A stretch of 64,000 nt of DNA from a virus, in IMG/VR virus record IMGVR_UViG_3300009431_000015, positions 3,779 through 67,778 of that record. One strand, given 5' to 3'. Made by a program: the position numbers and the translations under genes. Below the pieces are notes generated by a model. That model saw nothing but the letters and a program-made list of their open reading frames with translations. It did no database searches and was not told the DNA's origin. Every line of letters begins with the position of its first letter. The first letter of the stretch is position 1. This document shows positions 6,636 through 15,917 of the stretch, piece by piece.

Positions 6636-9409
6636 GTAAAACGAAACAAACTATAGAATTAAGTAGGAGTAACTTTGCTGAGGAGTTTTTGTATTTGAAG
6701 GGGCAGCCATTCTCCCTTGACCACTATCCATTTTTAAGAACTGTATATGATCGTCCTTTAGAAAAAGATTTAGTATTAAAGTTCTCGAGGCAATGCGTTC
6801 TAGATGAACAAATAATCCATCTCGCTGATGGAAGTCCAAAGTTAGCTAAAGATTTATTTCCAGGGGATCCTATTATTGGGTTTGACACAGTAATAGCAAA
6901 AAATGTGTTAGATCGAGTTAAAAATGTTTGGGATAATGGAATACAGCCTGTTTATGAAATTACTACCAGAACAGGTAGATGCGTTAAGGTAACTGATAAT
7001 CATCCATTTCGAAAAATTGATCGTTGGATCGAAGCACAAGACTTAATCCCTGGCGATCTTATAGCTCTTTCTAGAGATAACTCTTGTTCTCTTTCTAAAG
7101 AAAAAACTATAGAAAATTGGGAATATACTGTAGCAGCCTATCTTCTTGCTGAGGGATCTATAAGTAGTATGAGTCTTGGTTTTACTAATTGTAATAGTGA
7201 TTATGTCAGCGAATTAGAAGATGCTTTAAAGAATATACATCAAGATATTACTTTAAATAAGCTTCCTGAAAAATATAAAGGACAATATAGAATAAATGGA
7301 TTAGGTTCGGGTACTAAACATCCGGTTAAAGAATGGTTAATTGGGTTAGGAATGTATGGTAAAACATCTGCTTATAAATCTCATCCAGATTTTGTTTGGA
7401 ACCTTACTAAAGATCAGATTTGTGATTATCTGCGTATATGGTGGAATACAGACGGTTACTGGTCAATTAATAAGATAGGATCTCACTGTGTAGGCATAGG
7501 GCTTATTTCTAAAGAACTTGTTTATGGAATACAAAGGTTATTATTGAAATTAGGAATACATTCTGTTATTAGAACAGATACTCCTGAGATATACAAAAAT
7601 ACCGATAAAGAAGTTTTTACATTAACTGTAGAAGGTCAATATAATATCAAATTATTTAACAAGTTAATACAGACTGATAAGGGACCAAAAAAAGTTGTTT
7701 ATAATAAAGAGAGCCATAATAAACTTGTTATGGATAAACAATTTGTAAATAGTCAATTAGATACATTAGATAAAAAATATAGAAATTCAGTTCTTTATAA
7801 AACACAGAACGGTACTAGCAAAACTTACTCATTTGAAAAAGTTCATAGAATGTGTGAAGTAGCCGATCTCCCCGAATTACAAAAGATAATTGATGGAGAC
7901 ATCTATTTTGATAAAGTGAAATCTGTTGAGTACATAGGGGATTTATCAACCACAGCAATAGAAACAGAGCTTACTCATACTTTTCAAATTGAAGGCTTAC
8001 CAAGTGCTAACACTAGTAAAAGTACAACGTTAGCAAACTTTATGATTATTGATTCGGCGATGATACCACATCTACATTCTCTTTATGTAGCGCCGACTAG
8101 TGATCAAACTAAGATTTTTTCTCATGATCGCTTTCGCCCAGTAATGGAGGGGTCGCCGCTTATATCAGAGAATTATATTGATTCGTCGGTTGTCCAAAAT
8201 GTTTTTCAGAAAACTTTCCTAAACGGGAGCACGTGTTACCTAAGGTACAGCTTACTCTCGGCTGATCGTCTTAGAGGAATCTCTGCTGACATAAATATTT
8301 TTGACGAGGCACAAGATCTTAGATCTGACAATCTTCCTGTTATAAAAGAAACAATGAGCAGATCTGAGATAAAAAGAACCATTATGTCAGGCACTCCCAA
8401 AAGAACTCAAGGTACTCTAGCTGATGCCTGGAATAATTCTACTATGAATGAGTTCATTCTCAGATGTGAGGCTTGTAATCACTGGAACATCTTGGGTGAA
8501 GCCAACATAGGATTGGAAGGTGTTATTTGCGAGAGGTGCGGCGGACCAATTGATGTATCAACTGGTCAGTGGGTTAGTAATTACGGTGATAAAAACAAAA
8601 TGCCTAGTACAGAAGGCTATCGAGTTTGTTTACTTCACTTTGCAAGGGCTCCGTGGGTAAATTGGCAAAAGGATGTTATTGCTAAATATGAAGGATTAAA
8701 AAAAAGCTATTTTTATAATGAAGTCCTGGCTTTGGAATATGATGAAGGGGCTTCACCGCTTACTCTTCAGGAAATTAAAAACGCTTGTGATCCTGGTAAG
8801 GTTAATGATACAACTCTTTCTTCGCTGGAGAAATCTTACATCAATGTTATGGGGATAGACTACGGCCCAATCAATTCCGAGGAAAGTCACACAGTTGTCT
8901 CCGTAGTGCAGATCAGAAATGGAATAGCACATGTGATTTATGCAAAGAAGTTTGCGGGAAAAGAGGCTGATTTTTCATTTATTCATAAAGAAGTTCCGCG
9001 TTTGATGGAACATTTCAATGTTCATGTCCTTGCCGCTGACTATGGTATGGGGGAAGCGAGTAATAGTGAGATACGATCTAAAGTAGGAGTACAAAAGGTT
9101 ATTGCATTCCAACACATGCCTACGCAAAAAGAGAAGATTCGCTGGAATCCAAAGATGCCAGCTTATACGTTAAATCGTACACAGGTAATAACTGAATTTT
9201 TTTCTAGGGTAAAAAAAGGAAAAATAATCTTCCCTTGTTGGGAGGATATACAAGAACAAAAATTTCATAAAGATTTACTAAACACTCAAATGGAATTTGA
9301 TGAAGGACGTAATCTTATGAAATATGTAAACATAGGTCCTGATGATTTTCTTCACGCGACTCTTTACGCTGTTATAGCACAAGACTTGTTTCAAGGAGTA
9401 GCACAATGA
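6632..9409 (+). CDS. terL: Terminase large subunit (GpA-like) with intein
   Basis: After splicing KFSRQ-TSKST Walker A, IFDEAQD Walker B, SGTP, CxxC...CxxC, MGIDYG nuclease motif, DDFLHA. Confidence 0.9.
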   Translation: MSKTKQTIELSRSNFAEEFLYLKGQPFSLDHYPFLRTVYDRPLEKDLVLKFSRQCVLDEQIIHLADGSPKLAKDLFPGDPIIGFDTVIAKNVLDRVKNVWDNGIQPVYEITTRTGRCVKVTDNHPFRKIDRWIEAQDLIPGDLIALSRDNSCSLSKEKTIENWEYTVAAYLLAEGSISSMSLGFTNCNSDYVSELEDALKNIHQDITLNKLPEKYKGQYRINGLGSGTKHPVKEWLIGLGMYGKTSAYKSHPDFVWNLTKDQICDYLRIWWNTDGYWSINKIGSHCVGIGLISKELVYGIQRLLLKLGIHSVIRTDTPEIYKNTDKEVFTLTVEGQYNIKLFNKLIQTDKGPKKVVYNKESHNKLVMDKQFVNSQLDTLDKKYRNSVLYKTQNGTSKTYSFEKVHRMCEVADLPELQKIIDGDIYFDKVKSVEYIGDLSTTAIETELTHTFQIEGLPSANTSKSTTLANFMIIDSAMIPHLHSLYVAPTSDQTKIFSHDRFRPVMEGSPLISENYIDSSVVQNVFQKTFLNGSTCYLRYSLLSADRLRGISADINIFDEAQDLRSDNLPVIKETMSRSEIKRTIMSGTPKRTQGTLADAWNNSTMNEFILRCEACNHWNILGEANIGLEGVICERCGGPIDVSTGQWVSNYGDKNKMPSTEGYRVCLLHFARAPWVNWQKDVIAKYEGLKKSYFYNEVLALEYDEGASPLTLQEIKNACDPGKVNDTTLSSLEKSYINVMGIDYGPINSEESHTVVSVVQIRNGIAHVIYAKKFAGKEADFSFIHKEVPRLMEHFNVHVLAADYGMGEASNSEIRSKVGVQKVIAFQHMPTQKEKIRWNPKMPAYTLNRTQVITEFFSRVKKGKIIFPCWEDIQEQKFHKDLLNTQMEFDEGRNLMKYVNIGPDDFLHATLYAVIAQDLFQGVAQ
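6794..8011 (+). mobile_element. Intein (406 aa) with LAGLIDADG endonuclease in terminase Walker A
   Basis: Starts CVLDEQ; block B TDNHPF; AAYLLAEG and YLRIWWNTDG; ends FQIEGLPSAN followed by Thr. Confidence 0.9.
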
Positions 9410-9436
9410 GTGTAAAGATTAGTGTAAAGATTAGTG
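9409..9436 (+). repeat. Tandem duplication AGTGTAAAGATT x2 plus partial copy
   Basis: Seen directly after the terL stop. Confidence 0.85.
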
Positions 9437-9466
9437 CAATAAATTAAATAAAACAAATAAAAACAC

Positions 9467-9495
9467 TTGACTTTGTAAATAGCAAGGAGTATCTT
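9467..9495 (+). promoter_or_regulatory. Sigma70-like promoter for the head operon
   Basis: TTGACT-17 nt-TATCTT, ATG 5 nt downstream; AGGAG lies within the spacer. Confidence 0.6.
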
Positions 9496-9500
9496 AAATT

Positions 9501-10532
9501 ATGTTAACTGCATCTGAATTACAAAAAATTGGAGAAGAAGTATCTAGTAACTTCGTTACTAACGGTATTTCCTTAACCAGCGGTCTGAAAAAAGTAGCCA
9601 GTGATCGCGGTTTAAACAAACAACAAATATCTCGGGCTGCAGAAGTAGCTAATACAGCAACTTATCTTAAAATGATAAAGACCGCTAAGGACAAATACGT
9701 TGAATTTCCATTAGCCGATCCAGCTGCAGTATATGCAAATATTGAAGAAAGCCTGGCAAAGAAAGCTTCTGGAAATAACTCAGATTACGCTTCCCCACCA
9801 TGCTCTATTAAAGATCGCAATCCATTTAAATTATTTAAAGTAGCAACAGAAGATCCGTTAGAGGAAGAAAAGAAGAAAGAAGCTATTAAGACTTCTGTAA
9901 AGAAAGAAGCTACAGTTCTTAAAGCTAAGATAGATTTCGTAACTAATCATATCCAGGAAAAGTTAGCAAATTTTGAGAAAGATTATGAAGAGTTGTTTTT
10001 TCTCACTAAACAAGCAGTACTACAGAATATACCTTTTTCTCATCCAGAAACAATTATAAAAACAGCTGGGGAAATAATCTCCGAAAGTCTAATTACAGAC
10101 TTTAAGCAGAGATTGACCAGAGTAGCTCCGCATATCTCGCTGGATGATGAAAAAGTTGCACAAGTAAAAAGAGACGGAGCTCAATTAGGTATACCAGATG
10201 TACTTACTCCTGATAAAAATAGTGCCATCTATAAACTCGCGCAATCGTTACAAGATCAAATTATACACGTAGCTAAAGTTGATAATGCACTAGGTACACT
10301 AGTAAATCATCTTAGTACTTACCCGGGAAAACACCTGGACAAATACGCTATTCAAGTTGTTAGGCCGATGATTGGAGGGTTGATTAAAGCAGTAAGAAAA
10401 CACCCAAAGTTATCTGCAGTAGTAGTAGTAGCTGCTGCTGCAAAAGGTAAGGGTAAGAAAGAAGGGAAATATGAACAAGGTGTTATACTTCAAAAAAGTC
10501 TATTGAAAAAAAGATCTGGAGGCACAAGATAG
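9501..10532 (+). CDS. Head-associated protein rich in K-x-A motifs
   Basis: 343 aa between terL and protease; KVA, KTA, KKA, KEA, KLA, KQA, KYA recur. Confidence 0.6.
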   Translation: MLTASELQKIGEEVSSNFVTNGISLTSGLKKVASDRGLNKQQISRAAEVANTATYLKMIKTAKDKYVEFPLADPAAVYANIEESLAKKASGNNSDYASPPCSIKDRNPFKLFKVATEDPLEEEKKKEAIKTSVKKEATVLKAKIDFVTNHIQEKLANFEKDYEELFFLTKQAVLQNIPFSHPETIIKTAGEIISESLITDFKQRLTRVAPHISLDDEKVAQVKRDGAQLGIPDVLTPDKNSAIYKLAQSLQDQIIHVAKVDNALGTLVNHLSTYPGKHLDKYAIQVVRPMIGGLIKAVRKHPKLSAVVVVAAAAKGKGKKEGKYEQGVILQKSLLKKRSGGTR

Positions 10533-10534
10533 AA

Positions 10535-11212
10535 ATGAACAGAAAAGAGATAGTAGAAAAAGCAACTGATAAAATCGTTAAAGAAGCAAAGTGGCCTGCA
10601 TTTAAGTCACCATTTAAGATAATAGCCAAAAACATAGCTAAGGGTGTTGTAAAACCAACAAAAGATGTAGCAGAAGACGCAAAGTTAATAAAAAATATAG
10701 CGACTTCCGTAGAAGCTAACCTTAAAGCAGTATCTGCTTACAGTGCGATTACTCTTGGGGGAGGATTGTTTCTTGAGTCCCTATTAGATCAATTAACAGA
10801 TTTAAAAGTAAAAAGAAAAAGTCCGATGTATTATCAACAAATGTTAGCAGCCCACCCAGAACTTAAGAAACAAAAACCGGCAGTTATTGCTAAACTTTGG
10901 GCATCACTTTATCATTTTGCACCTAGCATGGCAGCTGATCCATTAGCTGCTGGTGCATTTATAAGACAAACTCTTGTTCAGGGATATATGGAATCGGTTG
11001 GAGGCCCACCTACTGAGACGCTATCGACTCTTACTGGTATAGAAAAAGGAATGCGATCTTTAGATAAAGACCGCGGACTCTTAAAGGGGCTTATTGGTGT
11101 AACGCCAAAAAAACTTTGGGAACCAATGATGCCAGATGTAAAAGGATTTCAGGAAGCCATGTCCCCTAAAATAAAGGGAAGCAAAAAAAGATTTAAAAGC
11201 AAATTGGTATAA
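10535..11212 (+). CDS. Putative internal head/ejection protein
   Basis: 225 aa, basic, N-terminal VKEA, central hydrophobic segment; lies in head operon. Confidence 0.5.
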   Translation: MNRKEIVEKATDKIVKEAKWPAFKSPFKIIAKNIAKGVVKPTKDVAEDAKLIKNIATSVEANLKAVSAYSAITLGGGLFLESLLDQLTDLKVKRKSPMYYQQMLAAHPELKKQKPAVIAKLWASLYHFAPSMAADPLAAGAFIRQTLVQGYMESVGGPPTETLSTLTGIEKGMRSLDKDRGLLKGLIGVTPKKLWEPMMPDVKGFQEAMSPKIKGSKKRFKSKLV

Positions 11213-11220
11213 ATACACTT

Positions 11221-14154
11221 ATGATAGAAAAAGAAATACAATTCTTTTATGGTGATCATGATTCAGAAGTAGTTTCTTTAGTACATCCTGATCATATGTA
11301 TAAAACTGCTGAATATTCACCAGAGCTAACAGAGTTTATACAAGGGCTTAAAGAAAGAGCTGACCGTACTTACGCACTAGTTAATGCCCTCTCTGCTGGA
11401 GAATATTACGGAAGTAATCGAAACGGAGATTATTTTCCCGAGAAGTCGCTCCGTGATTATCATAAGACATTCGAAGCTTTAGCTGGAATTTATAAATACC
11501 ATATTAATAAGGATCCGAAGTTATCAATGGGAAAAGTTGTGTTTTCTCATTATAACCCAGAAATGCATAGGGTTGAATTAATCTTGGAATTGTTAAATGC
11601 CAAAGCTGATAAAATCATCTCTTCTTTAAATGCCGGGGAAGTAAATTTCGTTTCAATGGGATGCTTTCTAAGTGGAACAACAGTAGTAACTTCGAACTTT
11701 TCCAAAAAAAGTATTGAAGATATAATTGTTGGTGACGATGTTTTAACACATACCGGAAAAATCAGGAAAGTAACTGAACTTCATCATAGAGATTATTCTG
11801 GGAAAGTATATACCATAAACCCTGTTGGAAAATACAGGAAAGAAATTAAAGCAACTAAAGAACATCCGTGGTTAATAATCGAACCTAGTAAATTCTATAC
11901 TAAAGATAAAGGATGCAGAGTTCGGCAAAAAGAATTAACTGTCGATGACGCTACTTGGAAAACTTCGGAAGAACTTACTGGTGAAGAATTACTTGTAATA
12001 CCCAAACCAGTAATTGAAAACGAAATCCAAGTCTCCATTGATAAAGCAAAACTTCTTGGTTGGTACCTTGCTGAAGGTTGTACACATATAGATGATAACG
12101 GTGTAGAGTATTCTGTGAATGTCAATGACCAAATCATGCATGAAATAAATGATACCGCTGATGGTTATGATAAATTAGCTGTTAGAGTAACAAATCATAA
12201 TGTAAGCAAAAAATGTAAAAGATTAACTATATACGATAACAATTTTAAAAATGAATGCCTAAAGTACTGTGGAAAATATAGTCATAAAAAAACTTTACAC
12301 AAAGAAATTTTTCAATGGAACCGAGAGGCAAAGTTAAATTTTTTAGGAGCATATATTTCTGGCGATGGTTTTTATCACGAGGGTCAGGCATATATAAGTT
12401 CTTGTAATAAACAATTACTTGAGCAAATTCAATGGTTAGGATTTTCTTTAGGATTAAATTCTACTATTGGCAGAAATAATCATAAAGCAGGCAGTGGTTT
12501 TTCTAAAGAAGATACGACTGAATGGATTTTAAGATTTAGGAAAACAGCAAACACTGTTTTAAGCAATTATTGTAATAAAATACCAAATGAAGAAAGTAAT
12601 GGCAGTGGAGGCAAAGGAGGTCCTTACGAGTATGATCAATTTTACCTTCTAAAAATAGAAAGTATAGAAAGCAATTATTACACAGGACCTGTATATAATT
12701 TTGAAGTAGAGGAAGACAATTCCTACATAGTAGAGAATTATGCAGTCCACAATTGCCGTGTTCCTTATGATGTGTGTTCTGTCTGCGGAAATCGAGCTAA
12801 AACTAGAGCACAGTACTGCGACCATCTTCGCAGCAGTATGGGGAAAATTTTATCAAGCGGAAAAAAAGTTTATGCTATAAATACGCAACCAAAGTTTTTT
12901 GATCTTTCAATCGTTAAAGTCCCCGCTGATCCAACGGCTAGTTTCTTAAAAGTTTTTTCTTTTAAGAAAGAGGCAATGGCAAGTGTTGAGCTGGATTTTA
13001 ATCAATTAGGACAGATCGATAATAAACTCGATTTATTTGTAAACACAAAACTGGCAGAGATGCACTCACAAGCTGATATAAAGAAAGTGATACCAGCAAA
13101 GGTTGACGCAGTTTCGCAGGATCCAAAACAGTTAATATTACAATCACAGAAAAGACTAACTAATGATCAAATAACTAAGCTTTCTGAGTACCCTTTTAAT
13201 GAAGTTCTTTCGACATTTCTTGGACTTAGAATTTTACCGGTTAGAGAAGATTTTCAGAAGTTAGCTCTACGTTGTAGTGGTTACCATTCAGAAGCAGACG
13301 ATCTAGAGAAAGCTGGTTTTCTTTTTTCAGTATTTCCGGAAACACGCGGTGCAGAACTTGACATTTCACTAAATAATTTTTCTGAAAAAGTGGCAGAGGT
13401 TGTAGGTGATGATGCATACTACATGTCACTTGTCAAACCATTGGTAATATCAAGGATTCTAGAAAAAGTAGCTAATACGGATCCATTTTATCCAAACGAT
13501 CAAAGTCAATATTATCAAAAGCCAGTGATTTTTCCTGGTGAGGTAGAAGAAAGATCATTTATTAAAAAGTTTTTGTTTTCTAAAAAGAAAGAACCTAGAA
13601 AATCGCCTTATAAAGCTCCGATAGTTCCACTTGGACTGCTTGGAGCATTATATGTAGGTTATGCGAAAACTTTAGGAAAACCGGCTACAGTAAAAAATGT
13701 TTCACAATTTAGAAATTTTATGTTACGTTATCCGTGGCTTGCTCCTGTCTTTGTAGCTGCAACTGGTAGTTTAGCGTCACTTACTGCCCAAAAAGCTACA
13801 TTTGGAGATAGCCCTGTATTTGAACCGACATTCCAAAAAACTTCTGGAGCAATAGATAGATACGTGTTATCAACTATGCTTGCTGCTCCGGTTAGTTACT
13901 ACACATCGGCAGTTGCCGAAGAAAAAGCTCAACGAGGAATCCCTTTGTCATCTATAGAGAACGCAATAAGAAAACACCCGATGTTTTTTTCAATTGCTGG
14001 AGGATTAGCTGGTGGAGCTACTGCTGGGACAACTGGGACAACGTTAAGAAAATACTTAGATAAGGGTAAGAAATTCTTTAAGTTATCATCCTTTATCTCA
14101 AAACTTCCATCGGACCAGCTGGACGATATATGGGAGTTAATAATTAGCAATTAG
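11221..14154 (+). CDS. Prohead maturation protease (HK97/herpes-fold Ser protease) with intein and long C-terminal extension
   Basis: SNRNGDYF, YKYHINKD, VSMG|C, CSVCGN...YCDHL, FFDLSIVKVPAD; upstream of scaffold and capsid genes. Confidence 0.8.
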   Translation: MIEKEIQFFYGDHDSEVVSLVHPDHMYKTAEYSPELTEFIQGLKERADRTYALVNALSAGEYYGSNRNGDYFPEKSLRDYHKTFEALAGIYKYHINKDPKLSMGKVVFSHYNPEMHRVELILELLNAKADKIISSLNAGEVNFVSMGCFLSGTTVVTSNFSKKSIEDIIVGDDVLTHTGKIRKVTELHHRDYSGKVYTINPVGKYRKEIKATKEHPWLIIEPSKFYTKDKGCRVRQKELTVDDATWKTSEELTGEELLVIPKPVIENEIQVSIDKAKLLGWYLAEGCTHIDDNGVEYSVNVNDQIMHEINDTADGYDKLAVRVTNHNVSKKCKRLTIYDNNFKNECLKYCGKYSHKKTLHKEIFQWNREAKLNFLGAYISGDGFYHEGQAYISSCNKQLLEQIQWLGFSLGLNSTIGRNNHKAGSGFSKEDTTEWILRFRKTANTVLSNYCNKIPNEESNGSGGKGGPYEYDQFYLLKIESIESNYYTGPVYNFEVEEDNSYIVENYAVHNCRVPYDVCSVCGNRAKTRAQYCDHLRSSMGKILSSGKKVYAINTQPKFFDLSIVKVPADPTASFLKVFSFKKEAMASVELDFNQLGQIDNKLDLFVNTKLAEMHSQADIKKVIPAKVDAVSQDPKQLILQSQKRLTNDQITKLSEYPFNEVLSTFLGLRILPVREDFQKLALRCSGYHSEADDLEKAGFLFSVFPETRGAELDISLNNFSEKVAEVVGDDAYYMSLVKPLVISRILEKVANTDPFYPNDQSQYYQKPVIFPGEVEERSFIKKFLFSKKKEPRKSPYKAPIVPLGLLGALYVGYAKTLGKPATVKNVSQFRNFMLRYPWLAPVFVAATGSLASLTAQKATFGDSPVFEPTFQKTSGAIDRYVLSTMLAAPVSYYTSAVAEEKAQRGIPLSSIENAIRKHPMFFSIAGGLAGGATAGTTGTTLRKYLDKGKKFFKLSSFISKLPSDQLDDIWELIISN
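11662..12753 (+). mobile_element. Intein (364 aa) with LAGLIDADG endonuclease next to the presumed catalytic Ser
   Basis: Starts CFLSGT; TKEHPW; LLGWYLAEG, FLGAYISGDG; ends VYNFEVEEDNSYIVENYAVHN followed by Cys. Confidence 0.95.
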
Positions 14155-14185
14155 TAAGTAGCAAACCGTTAACGGAGGAATTATA

Positions 14186-14701
14186 ATGGCACAAGGATTA
14201 AACATAGACGAGATCCTTCTAGGTCTAGACGAAGAAAAAACAGCTGAAGAAGTTTTTTCAGACAACCTAGCTAAAGACAAGAAAGACGGGAAAGCTGAAG
14301 AAACTGAAGAAAAAACAGCTGAAGAAGACGAGAAGAAAGACGAAGAAACTGAAGAAAAAACGGCTGAGGAAGATGAGAAGAAAGACGAAGAAACTGAAGA
14401 AAAAACGGCTGAGGAAGATGAGAAGAAAGACGAGAAGAAAGACGAAGAAACTGAAGAAAAAACAGCTGAAGAAAAAAAAGACTTGACAACTGATGAAGAA
14501 GATAGTAGATTAAAGAAACTTGCTGCAGAAATGGTAGAAGGTGGACAAATTATGGCAAGATCTTTTGCTGCTGAATTGAACAAAATAGCAGCTGAAGATT
14601 ATAATGAAGATGAAAAATCTGAGAAAGTTGCTGAAGAAAACACTGACAGTTCTGCGGCCAAAATAATAACTACATTACATAACCGTTATTTTGGAGAATA
14701 A
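14186..14701 (+). CDS. Acidic scaffold-like protein
   Basis: GGAGG RBS; EETEEKTAEEDEKKD repeats; GQIMARSF motif. Confidence 0.7.
   Translation: MAQGLNIDEILLGLDEEKTAEEVFSDNLAKDKKDGKAEETEEKTAEEDEKKDEETEEKTAEEDEKKDEETEEKTAEEDEKKDEKKDEETEEKTAEEKKDLTTDEEDSRLKKLAAEMVEGGQIMARSFAAELNKIAAEDYNEDEKSEKVAEENTDSSAAKIITTLHNRYFGE
14297..14475 (+). repeat. Coding tandem repeat, ~45-bp unit (EETEEKTAEEDEKKD), three full copies plus one partial
   Basis: Repeated gaagaaactgaagaaaaaac(a/g)gctga(a/g)gaaga. Confidence 0.9.
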
Positions 14702-14706
14702 CAAAT

Positions 14707-15030
14707 ATGAGTCTAATTGACACTTATAACCAAATGGTTAAAGAAGGAGAACAAGCTGAGCAAGAAAAAACAGCTGAAGAAGTAACAGAACAAGAAGTAG
14801 AAGTTTTAGCTAAATACGCTGCTGTGGCGGACGAAATGCTTGCAGAAGATCATGGCAAAGACTACAATGAAGATGATGTCGCAGAGTTAGCAGGGTACCT
14901 TATCGATCATGACATGGAAGTTCAGGCGCAACAAGAAAAAGTTGCAGAATACGTTGAAGCTGGACAAATTATGGCAAGATCATTTTCTACAGAAATGGCT
15001 AAAATAGCTGCTGAATCAGACAAAGAATAA
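14707..15030 (+). CDS. Acidic scaffold-like protein, partial paralog of 14186
   Basis: Shares EKTAEE, EKVAE and VExGQIMARSFxxExxKIAAE with the preceding gene. Confidence 0.7.
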   Translation: MSLIDTYNQMVKEGEQAEQEKTAEEVTEQEVEVLAKYAAVADEMLAEDHGKDYNEDDVAELAGYLIDHDMEVQAQQEKVAEYVEAGQIMARSFSTEMAKIAAESDKE

Positions 15031-15046
15031 TCAGACGGAAGACACA

Positions 15047-15370
15047 ATGACTCCTGTATTAAAAAAACAAGCGGCAGATGCTATAAGATCTTTGCAAAAA
15101 GAGAATGGTAAGCTTCAGGGCGAAATTGATAACCTCAATGCTCGCACTGACCTTGTTTTTAAATTGTATAAACAGGGCGCAGTCTCCGCAGAAAACATAG
15201 AAACACTGCACCAGCAGCTAAAAGATAAGTCTGCAGAGGAATTATCTGTTATGGAAAAAGCTGCTGAGTTTCATGCCGTTCCGGATTCTATGGGATTTTC
15301 TTTAAGTGACAAACCACAAGATGATGGGACACTTGACCCTCTTACCAGGATGTTACTGGAAGACACGTAG
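15047..15370 (+). CDS. Coiled-coil head assembly protein
   Basis: 107 aa; KQAA, KSA, EKAA; position before decoration and capsid genes. Confidence 0.6.
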   Translation: MTPVLKKQAADAIRSLQKENGKLQGEIDNLNARTDLVFKLYKQGAVSAENIETLHQQLKDKSAEELSVMEKAAEFHAVPDSMGFSLSDKPQDDGTLDPLTRMLLEDT

Positions 15371-15401
15371 AAAACGCGGAACAGGAAATAAAATATAAAA
15401 C

Positions 15402-15419
15402 GTTAGGCTAGAGCCTAAC
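15402..15419 (+). other. Intergenic hairpin upstream of capsid genes
   Basis: GTTAGGC-TAGA-GCCTAAC. Confidence 0.5.
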
Positions 15420-15464
15420 ATTAATTAATCGAGTTACTCTTATAAACGATGGAGAACAAAAAGC

Positions 15465-15899
15465 ATGTTACGAGTTTTGACGAATTTAAATCTATTGAAC
15501 CGTCAAGATTTTACTGGTAGTGCTGCTGTTATTGCATCTGGAGTTACAGGAACCTGGGTTAAACAAGAAACTGGAACAGTTGACTATGTCGACGCTTCTG
15601 GTGATTATGCCGTGGGTCCTGTGTGGACTGAGAGTTATCGTGATGGAACCGCTGGAAGTTGGAGTCCTGATGTAGGTGTTACAGGGAATCTAACTATTAT
15701 TTGGGGTGATTTTAGAGCGTTAACGGATCAATTCACAGGAGCTCCTGCAGTAGGTAATGCACTTAAAGTCGAAACTGATGGAACTCTGGCTGTGGGAACA
15801 GCTAACTCAGATTACATCGTCGCGTATTGTACCAAGGCAAGTCACTCTGTTACACATTTAGGAAGTACTCACACAGTTATTGAATTCACAACTGTCTAA
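15465..15899 (+). CDS. Capsid decoration/cement protein
   Basis: 144 aa, beta-rich, directly upstream of MCP; GGAG RBS. Confidence 0.6.
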   Translation: MLRVLTNLNLLNRQDFTGSAAVIASGVTGTWVKQETGTVDYVDASGDYAVGPVWTESYRDGTAGSWSPDVGVTGNLTIIWGDFRALTDQFTGAPAVGNALKVETDGTLAVGTANSDYIVAYCTKASHSVTHLGSTHTVIEFTTV

Positions 15900-15917
15900 T
15901 CTTAGGAGAATACTAGA

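Noticed and set aside
14137-14583. Ser/Phe-rich minus-strand ORFs
   Set aside because: Antisense shadows of the Glu/Lys repeat; other short antisense ORFs in the track were rejected on the same grounds
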